Shown: piece by piece, positions 1-12,078 of the stretch
How positions within the stretch are numbered: the stretch's first letter is position 1
Layout of the letters: every line of letters begins with the position of its first letter
Assembly: GCA_000388065.2 (NCBI GenBank)
Contig: KB932201.1
Length of the DNA stretch: 64,000 nucleotides
From: Fonticula alba ATCC 38817
Lineage: Eukaryota > Protista > Nucleariida
Reading direction: 5' to 3' (one strand)
Translations under genes and position numbers: made by a program
Notes under the pieces: generated by a model
What the model was told of the DNA's origin: nothing
Seen by the model: the letters and a program-made list of their open reading frames with translations, nothing else
The model's database searches: none

Positions 1-14
1 CCCCCCCACTGCAG

Positions 15-1721
15 GCAACAGTCCTTCCAGTCGGTGTACTTGCTCTTCCGCCAGCGGAAGGTGGAGTACTTCTTCTATCAGGCCTCCGCATTGACGGTGG
101 TTTTCTTTCAGTCAGATGGTAGTCCCAGTGATGGCGGAGCCCCCTCCTTCAGCGCGCTCATTTCACGCTCGACTCCTGGTCTTCAGCGCATGCTCAGCGC
201 CGAGGGGGTCCCCTTCGCCCTGGTGGAAAAGCCCCCGACCTCGCCAGCTCAGGAGCCTGGCTCCGAGTCACAGGGAGTTCCTCCTGGGGGCCGTGCTTCC
301 GCTTCCGGGTCCTCGCAAGCCCCCCTCCTCCGGCCAGCTCCCGACGGCCTTGGCAATGACGGGGATGACAGCGAGGAGGACGAGGAGGATGACCTGAACG
401 AGGCCCTGGCCGACCTGTATGCCCTGGAAAGCCTGCACCCAGGCTCAGTGTACGTTGGGGTCGCTGTCTTCCCAAATGGGGTTTTGTCCTTTGCATGATG
501 CCCTTTCCTTCTGCCATGTTATCTTCCCCTCCCCCTCTCTCTCTCTGTCTCTCTCCCTCATGCTTTCTGTATCCATCTCTCTCGGCTACTACTGACGCGC
601 CTGCACCTGCTTGACACCTGTTTGTCCCCTACCAATGATGACAGTGCGCTTCCATCGGCGCTTCGCCCACTAGGCGGCGAACTGAAGCGCCGGAAGATGG
701 CTCTGCATCCGTTGCACGTGGCGGGGCCCATCGCCACGCATGCCCTTTTCAATTGCATCCTCAATAGTGTGGATATTTCGGTCTTCCTGTCGTCGACGGC
801 CCTGCCGCCGTCGCTGGAAGCCGCCGGGCGTCCAGCTAGCCAGGGCCCCCTGCCGCCGAGTGACATGCCCCTACCCCCGCTCACCCCCCGGCGAACGGGG
901 TCTCAGCCAGGGGAGTTGACGCGCGGGTCGCAGTCCCACCGCCTGGCCGCCGGGTCGGGTGCCTTCTTCCAGATCACCCCCTTGCCCACCATCCTGGCCC
1001 CCGGTCCCTTTCTCGGGGCTGGGGTGCACTTCATCGAGGCCGACATGCGCCAGGGCCTGGCACCCGGGCCACGACGCGGAGCCGAGGCCTCTTTCGCCTC
1101 GCCCCGGCGTCCGGCCGGCGTAGCCACACCGGCAAGCCACTCACGAGCCCGGCTCCCGCGCTTGTTCACGGTCACCCTGCGCGACGCGACCGCTGGCCAG
1201 GCGGCGGTCGGCGAGCTGGCCACTCGACCTGCCACCCCAGGAGGGGCTAGCACGCCGGGTGTCACCAACGCCGTGCGCGGCGGCACCGGGACATCCCTCC
1301 TCGGCGGGGGGCCAGTGCGTGCACGCATGATTGGTGCCCTGATGCGCGAATTTGCCGAGCAGTTCTGGTGCGTGCTCAGGCGGCCCCCTTACCCATCACC
1401 GCCTGGTCAAATGCGCACTCACACACCCCGTCTACCACCGCCACCACCACCGCCACCACCGCCACCACCACCATCCACCCACCCAACATGCACTCGCCTG
1501 CCACTCGCAGCATCCACCATGGGTACGACATCGAGCGCGAGAGTTTGGCCACCGGCCGGCAGCTTGGTGCACCAGGCTCTCTGGAGGCCGATGCGCCGGG
1601 AACCCGCGGACGCGTCCGTCTTGTCTATACCCGGGACGAGGAGGCCGAATCCATCGGCGGGGCTTTCCTGGATCTCCATGCGGGAGAGGCACCCCTATCC
1701 GGCCCTCCCCCCGGGTGGTAG
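15..1721 (+). CDS. DONSON: DONSON (downstream neighbor of SON)-like replication factor, 5' partial; exons 15..449, 645..1367, 1511..1721
   Basis: Translation (W)QQSFQSVYLLFRQRKVEYFFYQASALTVVFF...SALISRSTPGLQRMLSAEGVPFAL matches my recollection of DONSON WxxSFxSLY...YFY...FTVLF...ALISPTTRGLRxAMxxEGIEFSL. Exon 2 has THALFNCILN and LPTILAPGPFLGA (cf. LPPTLLSPVAFRGA). Donors GTACGT (450) and GTGCGT (1368) and acceptors (644, 1510) are both phase 2 and join in frame. Stop TAG ends at 1721. Confidence 0.8.
1432..1476. repeat. (CCA/CCG)n trinucleotide microsatellite in DONSON intron
   Basis: ccaccgccaccaccaccgccaccaccgccaccaccacca read directly. It lies inside intron 1368..1510, so the poly-Pro/poly-His ORF translations are not real. 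Confidence 0.85.
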
Positions 1722-2487
1722 ACAGCCACCCGTGCGAGAGGGGGAGGCGCAAAAAATAGACACCCCCCTTCGGTGCCCCACAACAGGTGTCTGTCTTTTC
1801 CTCGGCCTGGCCTTCTCTCCACTCCTTTCTCCTGGCCCCAACCCCGCGTCGGGACGACACGCCTAGATAATTGCACACACACACACACACACACACACAT
1901 GCACAGGACAGTGTACGAAGGCCGATACAGGCCCCTGTCCTCCCTCTCGCCCCCAGAGCAGCAAAAAAGGGGGACAACCAAAAGGCGGGACTTGGACAAC
2001 AGATGGGGAGAATTTTGGGCTTCATATGGGGGAGTAATATTGAGAGGGGGGAAACATCACAAGAGGAAAGCTTCAAAGGGACGCGGGGATAGGGGAGGGG
2101 GTGGGGAAGACGCGATCCGCCCTCGGGAAAGAGGGCAAAAAGACCGACGAAACCCTGTAGGCTCTCCTCTGCCCTGCAGAGGCCCCGCCTGCTGTGCCCC
2201 GCGGCTCCGGATCCCCCCCCGCCCCCCTGCTGGTGGAAGCCCTCTCGGCGGCGAGAGGAAGAGAGGGAGGGGGGGAGGGGGCCCGGGCACAGAGACAGGC
2301 CCGCGCACAGCCGGGCGACAAAGAGCCCCCCCGCCCATCGAGCCAGCCCTGCCGCCCCCCGCCCGGCCGTGTGACATCACACACGGGACGGAGGAGGGCG
2401 CGCCGGCGGGCACGCAGGGGGAGCGCGAGGGACGTGGAGGAAAAGCATCGGCCGCGGAAGTGACACACGCACGCGGTGCGCGCGCAT

Positions 2488-4483
2488 TTAGTTCTCGGAG
2501 GCGAGGAAGTTGGTGATGAACTTCTCGGTGATCTCCTTGAGCTTGGCCTCGGTGTCGGCGGAGATGGCGGCCTCCTTGCGGATGACGTCGAGCAGGTCCT
2601 TGTGGTTGGACTTGAAGTAGGGGAGGTACTGGGCCTCGAAGTCGATGATGCGGTTGACCGGGACCTTGTCGAGGTGACCACGGACACCGGCGTAGATGAT
2701 GACAACCTGCTGCTCGAAGGGCAGAGGAGTGTACTGGCCCTGCTTGAGGAGCTCGGTCAGGCGAGAGCCACGGTTCAGCAGGAACTGGGTGGTGGCATCG
2801 AGATCGGAACCGAACTGGGCGAAGGCGGCGACCTCACGGTACTGGGCAAGCTCGAGCTTGAGGGAAGCAGCGACCTGCTTCATGGCCTTGGTCTGGGCAG
2901 CGGAACCGACACGGGACACGGACAGACCGACGTTAATGGCCGGGCGGACACCCTTGAAGAAGAGGTCGGCCTCCAGGAAAATCTGGCCGTCAGTAATGGA
3001 AATGACGTTGGTGGGAATGTAGGCAGACACATCACCAGCCTGGGTCTCAATGACGGGCAGGGCGGTCATGGAGCCGGACTTGTAGGCGTCGGACAGCTTG
3101 GCGGCACGCTCAAGCAGACGGGAGTGCAGGTAGAACACATCACCGGGGTAGGCCTCACGACCGGGCGGGCGGCGCAGCAGCAGAGACATCTGACGGTAGG
3201 CAACGGCCTGCTTGGTCAGATCGTCGTAGATGATGAGGGAGTGCTTGCCGTTGTCACGGAAGTACTCACCCATGGCGGCACCGGTGTACGGGGCCAGGAA
3301 CTGAAGGGGAGCGGCCTCGGAGGCGGTGGCGGCAACGACGATGGTGTACTTGAGGGCATCTGACGAGGGGGAAGGAGAGAGAGAGAGAGAAGGGACACGG
3401 GGAGGGGGCACACCGCGAAGACCGGTGGCCGGGGAGTGTGTCAGTGACGAGGAGGAGGAGGATGACAAGCAGCGAGAGAAACATGCTCAGCTACGCACCG
3501 TACTGCTCGAGGGTCTTGACGAACTGGGCGACAGTGGAGCGCTTCTGACCGACGGCGACGTAGACGCAGTACAGCTTCTTGGACTCGTCGGAGGACTCGT
3601 TGACGAGGCGCTGGTTGAGAATGGCATCCAGAGCAATGGCGGTCTTACCGGTCTGGCGATCACCAATAATCAGCTCACGCTGACCACGGCCAATGGGGAC
3701 CATGGCGTCGATGGCCTTCATACCGGTCTGCATGGGCTCGTGGACGGACTTGCGGGGGATAATACCCGGGGCCTTGACCTGGACACGAGAGCGCTGGGTG
3801 GTCTTGATGGGACCCTGTGTGCATGTGCGGGGAGAGGGGAGAGAGAGCGGGAGAAGGAGAGGCCGGCGCAGAGGGAGAGGGAGCACGGGAAAAGGAAGAG
3901 AGTCAGTATGTGGGGGGGAAAGACCCAGCATGGCCGGGGGGGGCACAGCAGGAAGCGCGCCACACAGGGCACCTCGCCCCAGGGGGAGGAGGAAAGGGGA
4001 GAGAGCCGTGAGCGAGGAGGCAGGAAAGGGGAAGCGGCATGGGCGTACCTTGCCATCGATGGGGTTACCGAGGGCATCAACGACACGGCCGAGGAGCTCG
4101 GGGCCGATGGGGACATCCACAATGTCACCGGTACGCTTGACGGTGTCACCCTCACGAATCTGGGTGTCATCACCGAAGACGACAACACCAACGTTGTCGG
4201 CCTCCAGGTTGAGGGCCTGACCGCGGACACCGGACGAGAACTCAACCATCTCCTCAGCCTGGACGTTCTTCAGGCCGTAGACACGGGCAATACCATCACC
4301 AACGGACAGGACGCGACCGGTCTCGTTGATGTCGATGTCGGAGGTGGCGCCGAGGATGCGCTGCTCCAGGATGGAGGAGACCTCGGAGGTGGCGGCAGCA
4401 CCGGCCTTGGCAGCGTTGACGGCGCTGGTGGAGAAGGCACGGGTGGCGAGGGGGCGGAGGGAGGTACGGAGAGCGGGAATCAT
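2488..4483 (-). CDS. ATP1: Mitochondrial F1 ATP synthase subunit alpha precursor (nuclear-encoded); exons 4483..4049, 3814..3499, 3359..2488 (540 aa)
   Basis: Transit peptide [20 protein letters not shown], then [18 protein letters not shown], Walker [34 protein letters not shown] and [19 protein letters not shown]. Both introns have GT-AG ends that join in frame. Confidence 0.99.
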
Positions 4484-7400
4484 CTTCTGCAGGAGCGAGG
4501 GGGAGATGGGGGAGGGGCGAGGCGGGGGAGGAGGGTAAATAGGGCGAAGAGCGGAAGAGTGGGGAGGGGGAGGGGGAGGGGGGAGGGGGGAGAGGAAGAG
4601 TGCAATGACCCTCCATGTGTGCGCGCGAGGGCGTGCGCATGCCATGCAAGAGCCGGGCCCACGCATGGCAGGGACAGGCGTGGGGAGCACGGCGCGCGTG
4701 CGTACGCGCCGCGTCACACGCAAGGCCTCCAGCAGACGGGAGCGAGGGCGCGCGCGCGCGCGCGCACAACTGTGGGGGCAGGGACGAGACGCGGGNNNNN
4801 NNNNNNNNNNNNNNNNNNNNNNNNNNNNNNNNNNNNNNNNNNNNNNNNNNNNNNNNNNNNNNNNNNNNNNNNNNNNNNNNNNNNNNNNNNNNNNNNNNNN
4901 NNNNNNNNNGAAGGGGAGGGGGGGAGGGGAGGGGAGGGGAAGGAGGAGGGGCAGAGAGGAGCAGCGCACCACTCGACTATCGTAGAAAACTCAACAAAAC
5001 AAGCGAGGCAGGTATGGTTGAGGATTACGAAGGTGGTTACCCCCTCTTCAAGGCTAGAGTATCCTGGCACGACATAAACCATGGACCGCCTCGGCGACGG
5101 GGGGGGGGGCGAGCACCGCACGAGGTGCGTGTACTCACACCGGGGGCACACACCCCTCCCCTGTGTGTCGGCGGTCCCGGCAGCGGCCGGCCCCCTCCCC
5201 CCGGCCGAGCACGCCCCACTCCTACCCCGGCTCGCCAAGGTCCCGCCGCGCGAGAGGCCCCCCCCCCCCCGGGCGGGAGCGTCGGGCGCATCCCGGCTCG
5301 CGCATTCGCGCGCGCACACGCCCCCCTTCGTCGGGCCCAGCTGCCCCTGCTTCCCGAGCGTCCCTACCCCCCCCCCCCCCTGGTCTTCCGGTTCGTCAGA
5401 GGGCGTCGCTTTGGCCCGGCTAGCGGCGCACCGACCCTCCTCACCCCCTCGCCCCTCGCCCTGGCGTCCCGGTCCCCCGGCTGTCCCCCTCCCCGGGCGG
5501 TGGTGGCGTTTTAGGAAGTATGTCAAGGGCTAGCCCAGGAGCTTGTCCAGCGGGCGTTCCGGTGTGCGAGAGAGTCGGGCGCACACCCGGCCGCAAGGGG
5601 GCAGTGCCTGGCAAGGGGTGCCCTGGTCAGCATATGACCTGCCAGCCGCATCGGACCAGGCCAGGCAACGCCCGCGGCACGGGCAGCGCCGGGAACCCAG
5701 CAAGAGGAGGGACCAGGGGAGAGAAGGCCATTTTGCCAGCGAAGGAGGGGGGAATCATCTGGCCCGGCCAGCAAGAGCCCAGCCGTGTCGGGCGGCGGCT
5801 CCATGCGCCTGGCCCCAGGCACGGCTCTCTTGCTCCAGAGAGCCACCGGCGCGGGACGCGACACACACACACGGGTCCCGCGCCTCGGAGCAGGGTGCCC
5901 CTCCACCGGTGAGGACACGCTCGCCCCCCGCCCCAAGCATGGCCATCTCCGATGGGGCACTCTCGCGTGCAAGTGTGCCTGCTTGCGCGCGAGCGCACCA
6001 GCGAAGGGTACCTACAGCTTCTTCCCTCCAGCCAACGAGAGGCACCCACGCACCTGCGCCTCCACTCACCCCACACACGCCCAGGCGCGCACAGACGCAC
6101 ACGAGAGGCTCGGGCGAGCCTTTGTCCAGCAGCCGGTCGCGTCGCTGCTAGGCCTCAGGAGAGGGACAAACCAGGAGGTCGGCTTCCGGGGGGCATCTGG
6201 CGACAGGCAGCCGCCGCTGGAAAAGGCACCCGGAGGGCGTCACAGCCCGGCATGTGCGGCTCTCCGACCAGCATGCGTGCTTTCGTCGGGAAGAGCAGGG
6301 GCGCGCGTGAACGTGCCCACGACGAGCGCGCGAGACGCCGCCGCATTCCCCCCCCCCCCCCCCCGCCTGAACGAGGTAAACCCCCTTCTGCCCTCGAATT
6401 CAAATCGATCTTAGGGTGGCGTAATTCCACTCCGAGGTTCGGGGTTGTCTTGGATTTAGTATCCGACCCTCCGGACGACCCCCCACCTAAAGGGCCATCA
6501 GTTGGAAGTGCGCAATAGGGAGAGCCCCCCTCCCCCCGTATGCACGCACAGGCGCCAGCGGCGAGGAGGGGGCAGGCGGAAAAAGTCTCCACCCTGGGCC
6601 GGCGCCCCCGCCCAATTGTGCCAACCAAGGCACTTGGCAGGGCCAAAGGACCCGCGCGCGCGCGCGCGCCGGGCGGGGGGGGGGGGGGGGGGGGGGCCAT
6701 CCTGGCACCCTCCCGGGCAGGGCCCGAGCACACAGTCCAACCCACCCAGCGACTGAACCATCTCGAAGAACCGGCCAGCTCGCAACCCTGATGGAAAATA
6801 AACGTGTGCCTGGGGCAAAGAGCCCCCTGCCCCCGCGGCTATTCGTTGTCCAGTTCATTTCGCCGATAGACCCACATTAATGTGCAAAAGAAAAGACTAG
6901 TAACATATGTCGTCTTTGTCTTCTCTGTCCGGCCCTTTTACCCCCCCCCCCCCCCCCGGCCTCTCCGGGTCCCAGATATCAGCCCGTTTTGGGGCTGGAG
7001 CGAAAAAAAAAGGAACAGGAGGGCAAGCGTGCCTCCCCCTCCCCCCCCCCCCCCGCGCGTACGCCCTCCCTCTCCCAGTCCGTGGCCCGCGCCCTGAAGC
7101 AGCGTCAAGCTGGGTGACCCCTTGGCTGGGGTCACACCACTCAAATACTGTTTCCCCAACACCAACGCATGACCTCATGTCAAAATCACATGCACACGAT
7201 GCCCGGGCGCCGCCCTGTCCCTGCCCGGCATTGTTGTCGTTTGCCTCTCCTCCAACCCCCCCCCCCCTGCGCACACGCGCCAGCCAGTCGTCTACACCGA
7301 GCCTGGCCAGATGGGAAATCAAGGAACACCACACGAACAAGAGGAAATGCACGGAGGACCGGTTTTAATTTTGTATGCTCCCACGCCCGATCGGCAGACA

Positions 7401-7540
7401 GGAGCGGACACAAGGAGGCGGGGGGGGTTCGGGGGGGGGGGGGGGGGGGGGGTTCCCATGTGCGTTCGTGTGTGCGGGCGTGCCCGCAGCAGGCATGCCG
7501 CACAGCCGGGACTCTCCGTCCCGCCCCCCTGGCACCTCGT

Positions 7541-8462
7541 TCACTGTGCGGCGCCTGAGGAGAAGGCCGACAGCTGTTCCCGCAGGCGGCCAAAGCCATC
7601 CAGTAGCGACCCGAGCGTGTCCTTGTCCATCTCAAAGACAACCTTGCGCACGGGCACATCCAGGGCCAGATCCGACTCCGGGGTCGGCTGGATATCCAGC
7701 TGGGCGATGACCACCGGCTCCGAGAGGGACGCCGCCACGCTGGAGGCCGTCTTCACATGGACCTTCATGGAGCTGGCCACCAGCCGGGGGTGGGTGATCT
7801 CCTGGCCGGCCAGGATGTCCTTCCACTCGGGGATGCTGTGGCTGATGGCGGCCGCGACAAACTGGCGCAGTTCCACCGGCAGCGACCCAGGCAACATAGC
7901 GACGATCTCGGCCGGGCCGCACTGGACAAAGAGGACGTCATCGATCAAGTCGGCGATGGTGTCGAGGAGCTACATGGAGACAGGTGCGTGCGTGTGCGTG
8001 CGTGCGTGTGCGTGCGTGCGTGTGCGTGCGTGCGTGTATGATTGTGGGGATGTATGCAGATGTATCCGAGTCAGTCAGCGCGCCACGGGGACCAGGGACG
8101 TGGACGTGACAAGGTCAGGCCGGCGGTGGTGGCTGGGACGCACGTTGGATGCATCCTGAGGGGAAATTTGGAACTGCTCGGCAACACGCTTAAGGAAACC
8201 GCTGGGAAAGACCGTCGAGCTGTGTGCGGGGGCGAGGGAGAAAGGGCCACAGGAAAGGGCCGTGAGCGTGAGCATGGAGGTGAGTCGAGGTGGTGGACCC
8301 GTGGACAGGGGGCAAAGACAGGGCATTCGGCCAGGCGCATTTGGCTGACACGCACATGTCGGTCGACTCGCGCGAGTGGATGAACACCTGCTTGAACATC
8401 TGGGCCAGGATGTCCTCATAGGGCCCGCCCAGGAGCAATTTGAGGTCCGAATACCGGGCCAT
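7541..8462 (-). CDS. COMMD9: COMM domain-containing protein, COMMD9-like; exons 8462..8356, 8219..8144, 7969..7541 (203 aa)
   Basis: C-terminal EITHPRLVASSMKVHVKTASS...VVFEMDKDTLGSLLDGFGRLREQLSAF matches COMMD9 ISLPRLVDLDWRVDIKTSS...VELSKETLDTMLDGLGRIRDQLSAV. Typical ~200 aa length and phase-consistent introns. Confidence 0.85.
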
Positions 8463-9288
8463 GGCTGGAGAGGGCGAAAGGTGCGGCGGCGTGGGGGAGG
8501 AGAGGAAAAAGAGCCGGAGGAGGGCAGAAAGGCCAGGAGGTCGGGGAGAGGGTGCGCCGGCGGAGGATGGGAGGAGTGGACATGGCATTCAATGTCGACA
8601 GAGCCACGGCCCTGGTGAGGGGGCGCAAATAGCCCGGCCAGTAGCGTGGCCGATGCCCACTCGCGAGATCGGCAGCGAGGGCCAGGAGATGGGCTGATTG
8701 ATCGGCCAGCCGAGGCGCCGCAGGCCGGACAGGGAAGGGGCCGCCCCCCCTCTCTCTCTCTCTCTCTTCCTGCCCCCGTTCCTGAGAGCAGCCGCCCCGC
8801 CGTCCTGAGCACACGTAGGGGTGCCGAAAGAAAACAAACAACCCCGCACAGGAGCATGCACCCCCCACCAAAGCATACCGCGTGATATGGCAGTCACACG
8901 AAACAGCACCCATATACTACACAATATGGACATTTGCCCGACCCTCTTCCACGGGGTTGTATTTTTGCCCACCACCGGACATACACATACACATCAATGT
9001 CTGCCTCTTGTGTGTGTACGCCGCCGGTGGGTGTTGCGCACACGCGTGCGCGAAGGGGGGAGAGGGGAGGACAAAGAAAAAAAAAAAAAAAAAAAGAAAA
9101 AGGGGCCGGTTCGCGTCCCAAGTGAGATGTCCCCCCTCTCACGGCCATGGTGGTTCCCCCCGTCCTCCCGTCTGCCCCTTCCCCTTCCTCCTGGCGAGGA
9201 GAGAAGGTCAAAGGCGGGCCGGGAGAGGACGGAGAGCAGGCAGGGGAGGGGCCCCGTCAGGTGACGCCTATCCCCTTTGTTGACCACC

Positions 9289-12078
9289 TTACGCTTGGGG
9301 AAGGTCGTCGGGGTTGATCTTGATGCGGTTTTGCGGGAGCTTGGCCACCAGTTCCTGGCGATGCTTCCGGAGGATTTTGTAAATGTCCAAGAAGGTTTTC
9401 TCACCGACACCAGTGACCTCGGACACCTCTGTAAGTGGTTTTCCCGCCCGGGCCCCGCCCACAGAGGCAGGAGAAAAGAGATAGGAGGGAAATGGTCAGA
9501 GGCTGGAGTGTGAAGATGGCACACAACGGCCAGACACGGGGGGATAGGTGGTCGGCGTGGGGAAAGGGCGCGTGGCAGGGGCAATCAGGACGGATAACAC
9601 AGGATGCACGGAAAACCGGACGCACGACTGCTGGTGGTGGGCTCGCCCGTCAGGTTGGTCACCATGAAGATGATGGCAGCCGTGATGGTGGTCGGCTTCT
9701 TGCCCGAGAGGAGATAGTTCTCGCGAACTTGCGAGGCAATGATCGAGGCGTTCTGAACAATGTGCGGATTGAAGCCCCACTTGTGGCAGTAGTACTCGAC
9801 CGGCCGCTCGAGGTGCATCATCGGCACGCTGCATCCATCCTCCTCCAGGAGGGTGCGCAGGCCCTTGACCGTGTTCTTGAACTGCTTCTCCTCAATGCTC
9901 GCGGCATCCGCGATGGCCTTCTCCTCGATGAACTGCTTCTTAAACCGGGTGGCAAAGTAGATACAGGCGCCTACCAGGGAGTCGGTGGACCGCCCGCTCA
10001 TCTTTGACTCGTACTGCACGAAGAGGTTGACCGCCTCCCGCTGTGTGCACGTACGTGGGCGTGTGTGCATGGGGGAAGAGGAAGAGGAAAAAAAAGAAAA
10101 AGAAGAAGGGGATGGGGGTCACCATGCAAGCAGACACCGAACCGCGAAAGGTCAATCAGCTGCTTGCCAAAGAAGACCCTTCTCCCGTGGAGAGAACAAG
10201 AAGCACGACACCGCCCTAGCCGCTGCCCTGATATATCCCCCACCCATTGATCCAGGCAGGCACGGGGCGTGAAGGTGACACTGCCCCGCCCCTCCCTCCC
10301 CCCTTCACAGGCAGATGCATGTATAGATGTGCGTGCGTGCGTGCGTGTGTGTGTGTGTGTGTGTGGGTCACCGGTGCTCCGAACCTCAATCTTGGTCAAG
10401 AGGTTCAGGTCGCGGCAGATGTTGGCAATCTTCCGCTGGGTACTGTCAATGGTCTTCTGGTTCATCGAGCTCTACGTGCGCGCGCGCGCGCGCGACAAGT
10501 GGGCAATCGAGATACGCGTGTGCGCGTGAACGGAATAAAGCCAAATAGGAAGGGGGAGGGGGGGGGGGAAGCACAGGGACAAGGGGGAGGGAAAGAGTGA
10601 GTCTCATCGGCGGCCCGGGGTCAAGAGGGTGGCTCTTTCGCATGCGGACGGGTGTGTCTGGCTGCTGAGCACGATGGGGTGTGTGTCCTGTATGGTGGTT
10701 GGCGGGGGATGGCAGGAGGTGTCTCCATGGCAGGCAGTGTATTTCTCGAGAGGGGGGAAGGGGAAACGGGGGAGGGGGAATGGAGGCGGGCACTGGCCGC
10801 AGGATGCTCCCAGTACGCGCGAGAAGAAGAAAGTGGGGATGTGGAGAGGCGCGCGGAGGTCGCAAAGAAGAGGAGGAGGAGGAGGGAGGAGGGAGGGAGA
10901 CGACAGCAGGGGTAGCAGCAGCGTACGTTGTCACGGTTGTGAGTGCGCATCAGGGTGCGCGCCACGCCGCTACCACCATCACGGAAGCCGATGGTCAGGG
11001 CGTTGCCATCAATACCATCGCGGGATGGATCGATGACACCTCCAAGACGGTTGGGGTCCGAGGTGTTGATCTTATCGGAGTTGCTGTATGGGCACGAAAT
11101 GTAAGCACAGAGTGGTGCGCGCATGCACATGCGAGGGGGGGGGTATGGACAGCAGCAACAACATAAGAGAGGGGAGGCGTGCTCAGGTGTGCACGCGCAC
11201 ATGCACGCATGCGTGGACAAGTCGGCCACCCCAGCTTCTGCTTAGCCCACACAGACGCGCGCATGCACACCGCACTTGGTGGCCACACTGTGTGGCCACG
11301 CACAAGGGGATGCGAGGGCGCATGCGGGGATGTCGGTGGGAAAGGAGCAGCATGGGGCAGCCGGCACATGGGCATGTGCGCGCGACACTATCTCAGCACA
11401 GGAGGCGAAGAGCCACATGAGAGAGCAAGCCGGGGTCGCATCATGAGGTCTCGCCAGAGTATGTGAAGATATGGGGAGAGGGGGAGGGAGGGAGGGAGGG
11501 GGGGGGGGGGGGAGAGCCCCACTCCGGGGAGGGCGTTGCAAGCAAAAGAGCTTATACGGGCCAGCCCGCCAACACCTTCTCGCTGGGTGGAGAGCCCCCC
11601 CGCCCCCTTAAAGAAGGGGATACACCTTCTCTCCTGGTGGAGAGAGTGCAGTCATCCTTCTGAGATTATCACTCTCACTCTCACTCTCTCTCTCTCTCTC
11701 TCTCGCTCTCGCTCTCGCTCTTGCAATGACTCAGGGGACACACCTGAAGGTTCGGTACTCGGTCCGCTCATCAAGCATCAGCTCGACGATGGAACCGCAG
11801 CTAGAGCAGGCCACCTCACCGGTGACATCGTCCTCGACCAGGGTCCGCGGGGCCGGCTGCCCGGGGGCGGAGGCCTGGTTGCGCAGGACGACTCCAGGCC
11901 GAGCATCCTCGTCAAAGTCGCCACAAGTCGGGCAGACGCGACGACGCTTAGACCGGCGCTGCAGGGCCGACTGAGCGCTGGACTCGGCAATCGCCTGGCT
12001 CGGACGCTTTGGCCGCCCGAAGGCAGCCGAAACCGGAGCCGCGGGGACCACAGGGGCCGGCTGGGGCGAGGAGCTCAT
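9289..12078 (-). CDS. GTF2B: Transcription initiation factor IIB (TFIIB family), divergent; exons 12078..11744, 11083..10927, 10471..10385, 10040..9626, 9428..9289 (377 aa)
   Basis: Zn ribbon CPTC...LVEDDVTGEVACSSCG, B-reader DERTEYRTFSNSDKINTSDPNRLGG, and two cyclin repeats (SGRSTDSLVGACIYFATR; LSGKKPTTITAAIIFMV; VSEVTGVGEKTFLDIYKIL). Four phase-consistent introns. Confidence 0.88.

Noticed and set aside
5023-5070. GATTACGAAGGTGGTT...AGGCT...TATCC..GCAC resembles U1 snRNA loop I and part of stem-loop II
   Set aside because: There is no ACTTACCTG-like 5' end at the right distance, the upstream bases cannot pair with GTGGTT to close stem-loop I, the U1A loop ATTGCAC is not intact, and I see no Sm site. 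An Infernal RF00003 scan would settle it.
2476-5077. Long plus-strand ORFs (295 aa and 583 aa) opposite ATP1
   Set aside because: Antisense shadows of a strongly codon-biased gene. The 583-aa ORF also runs through introns and an N gap.
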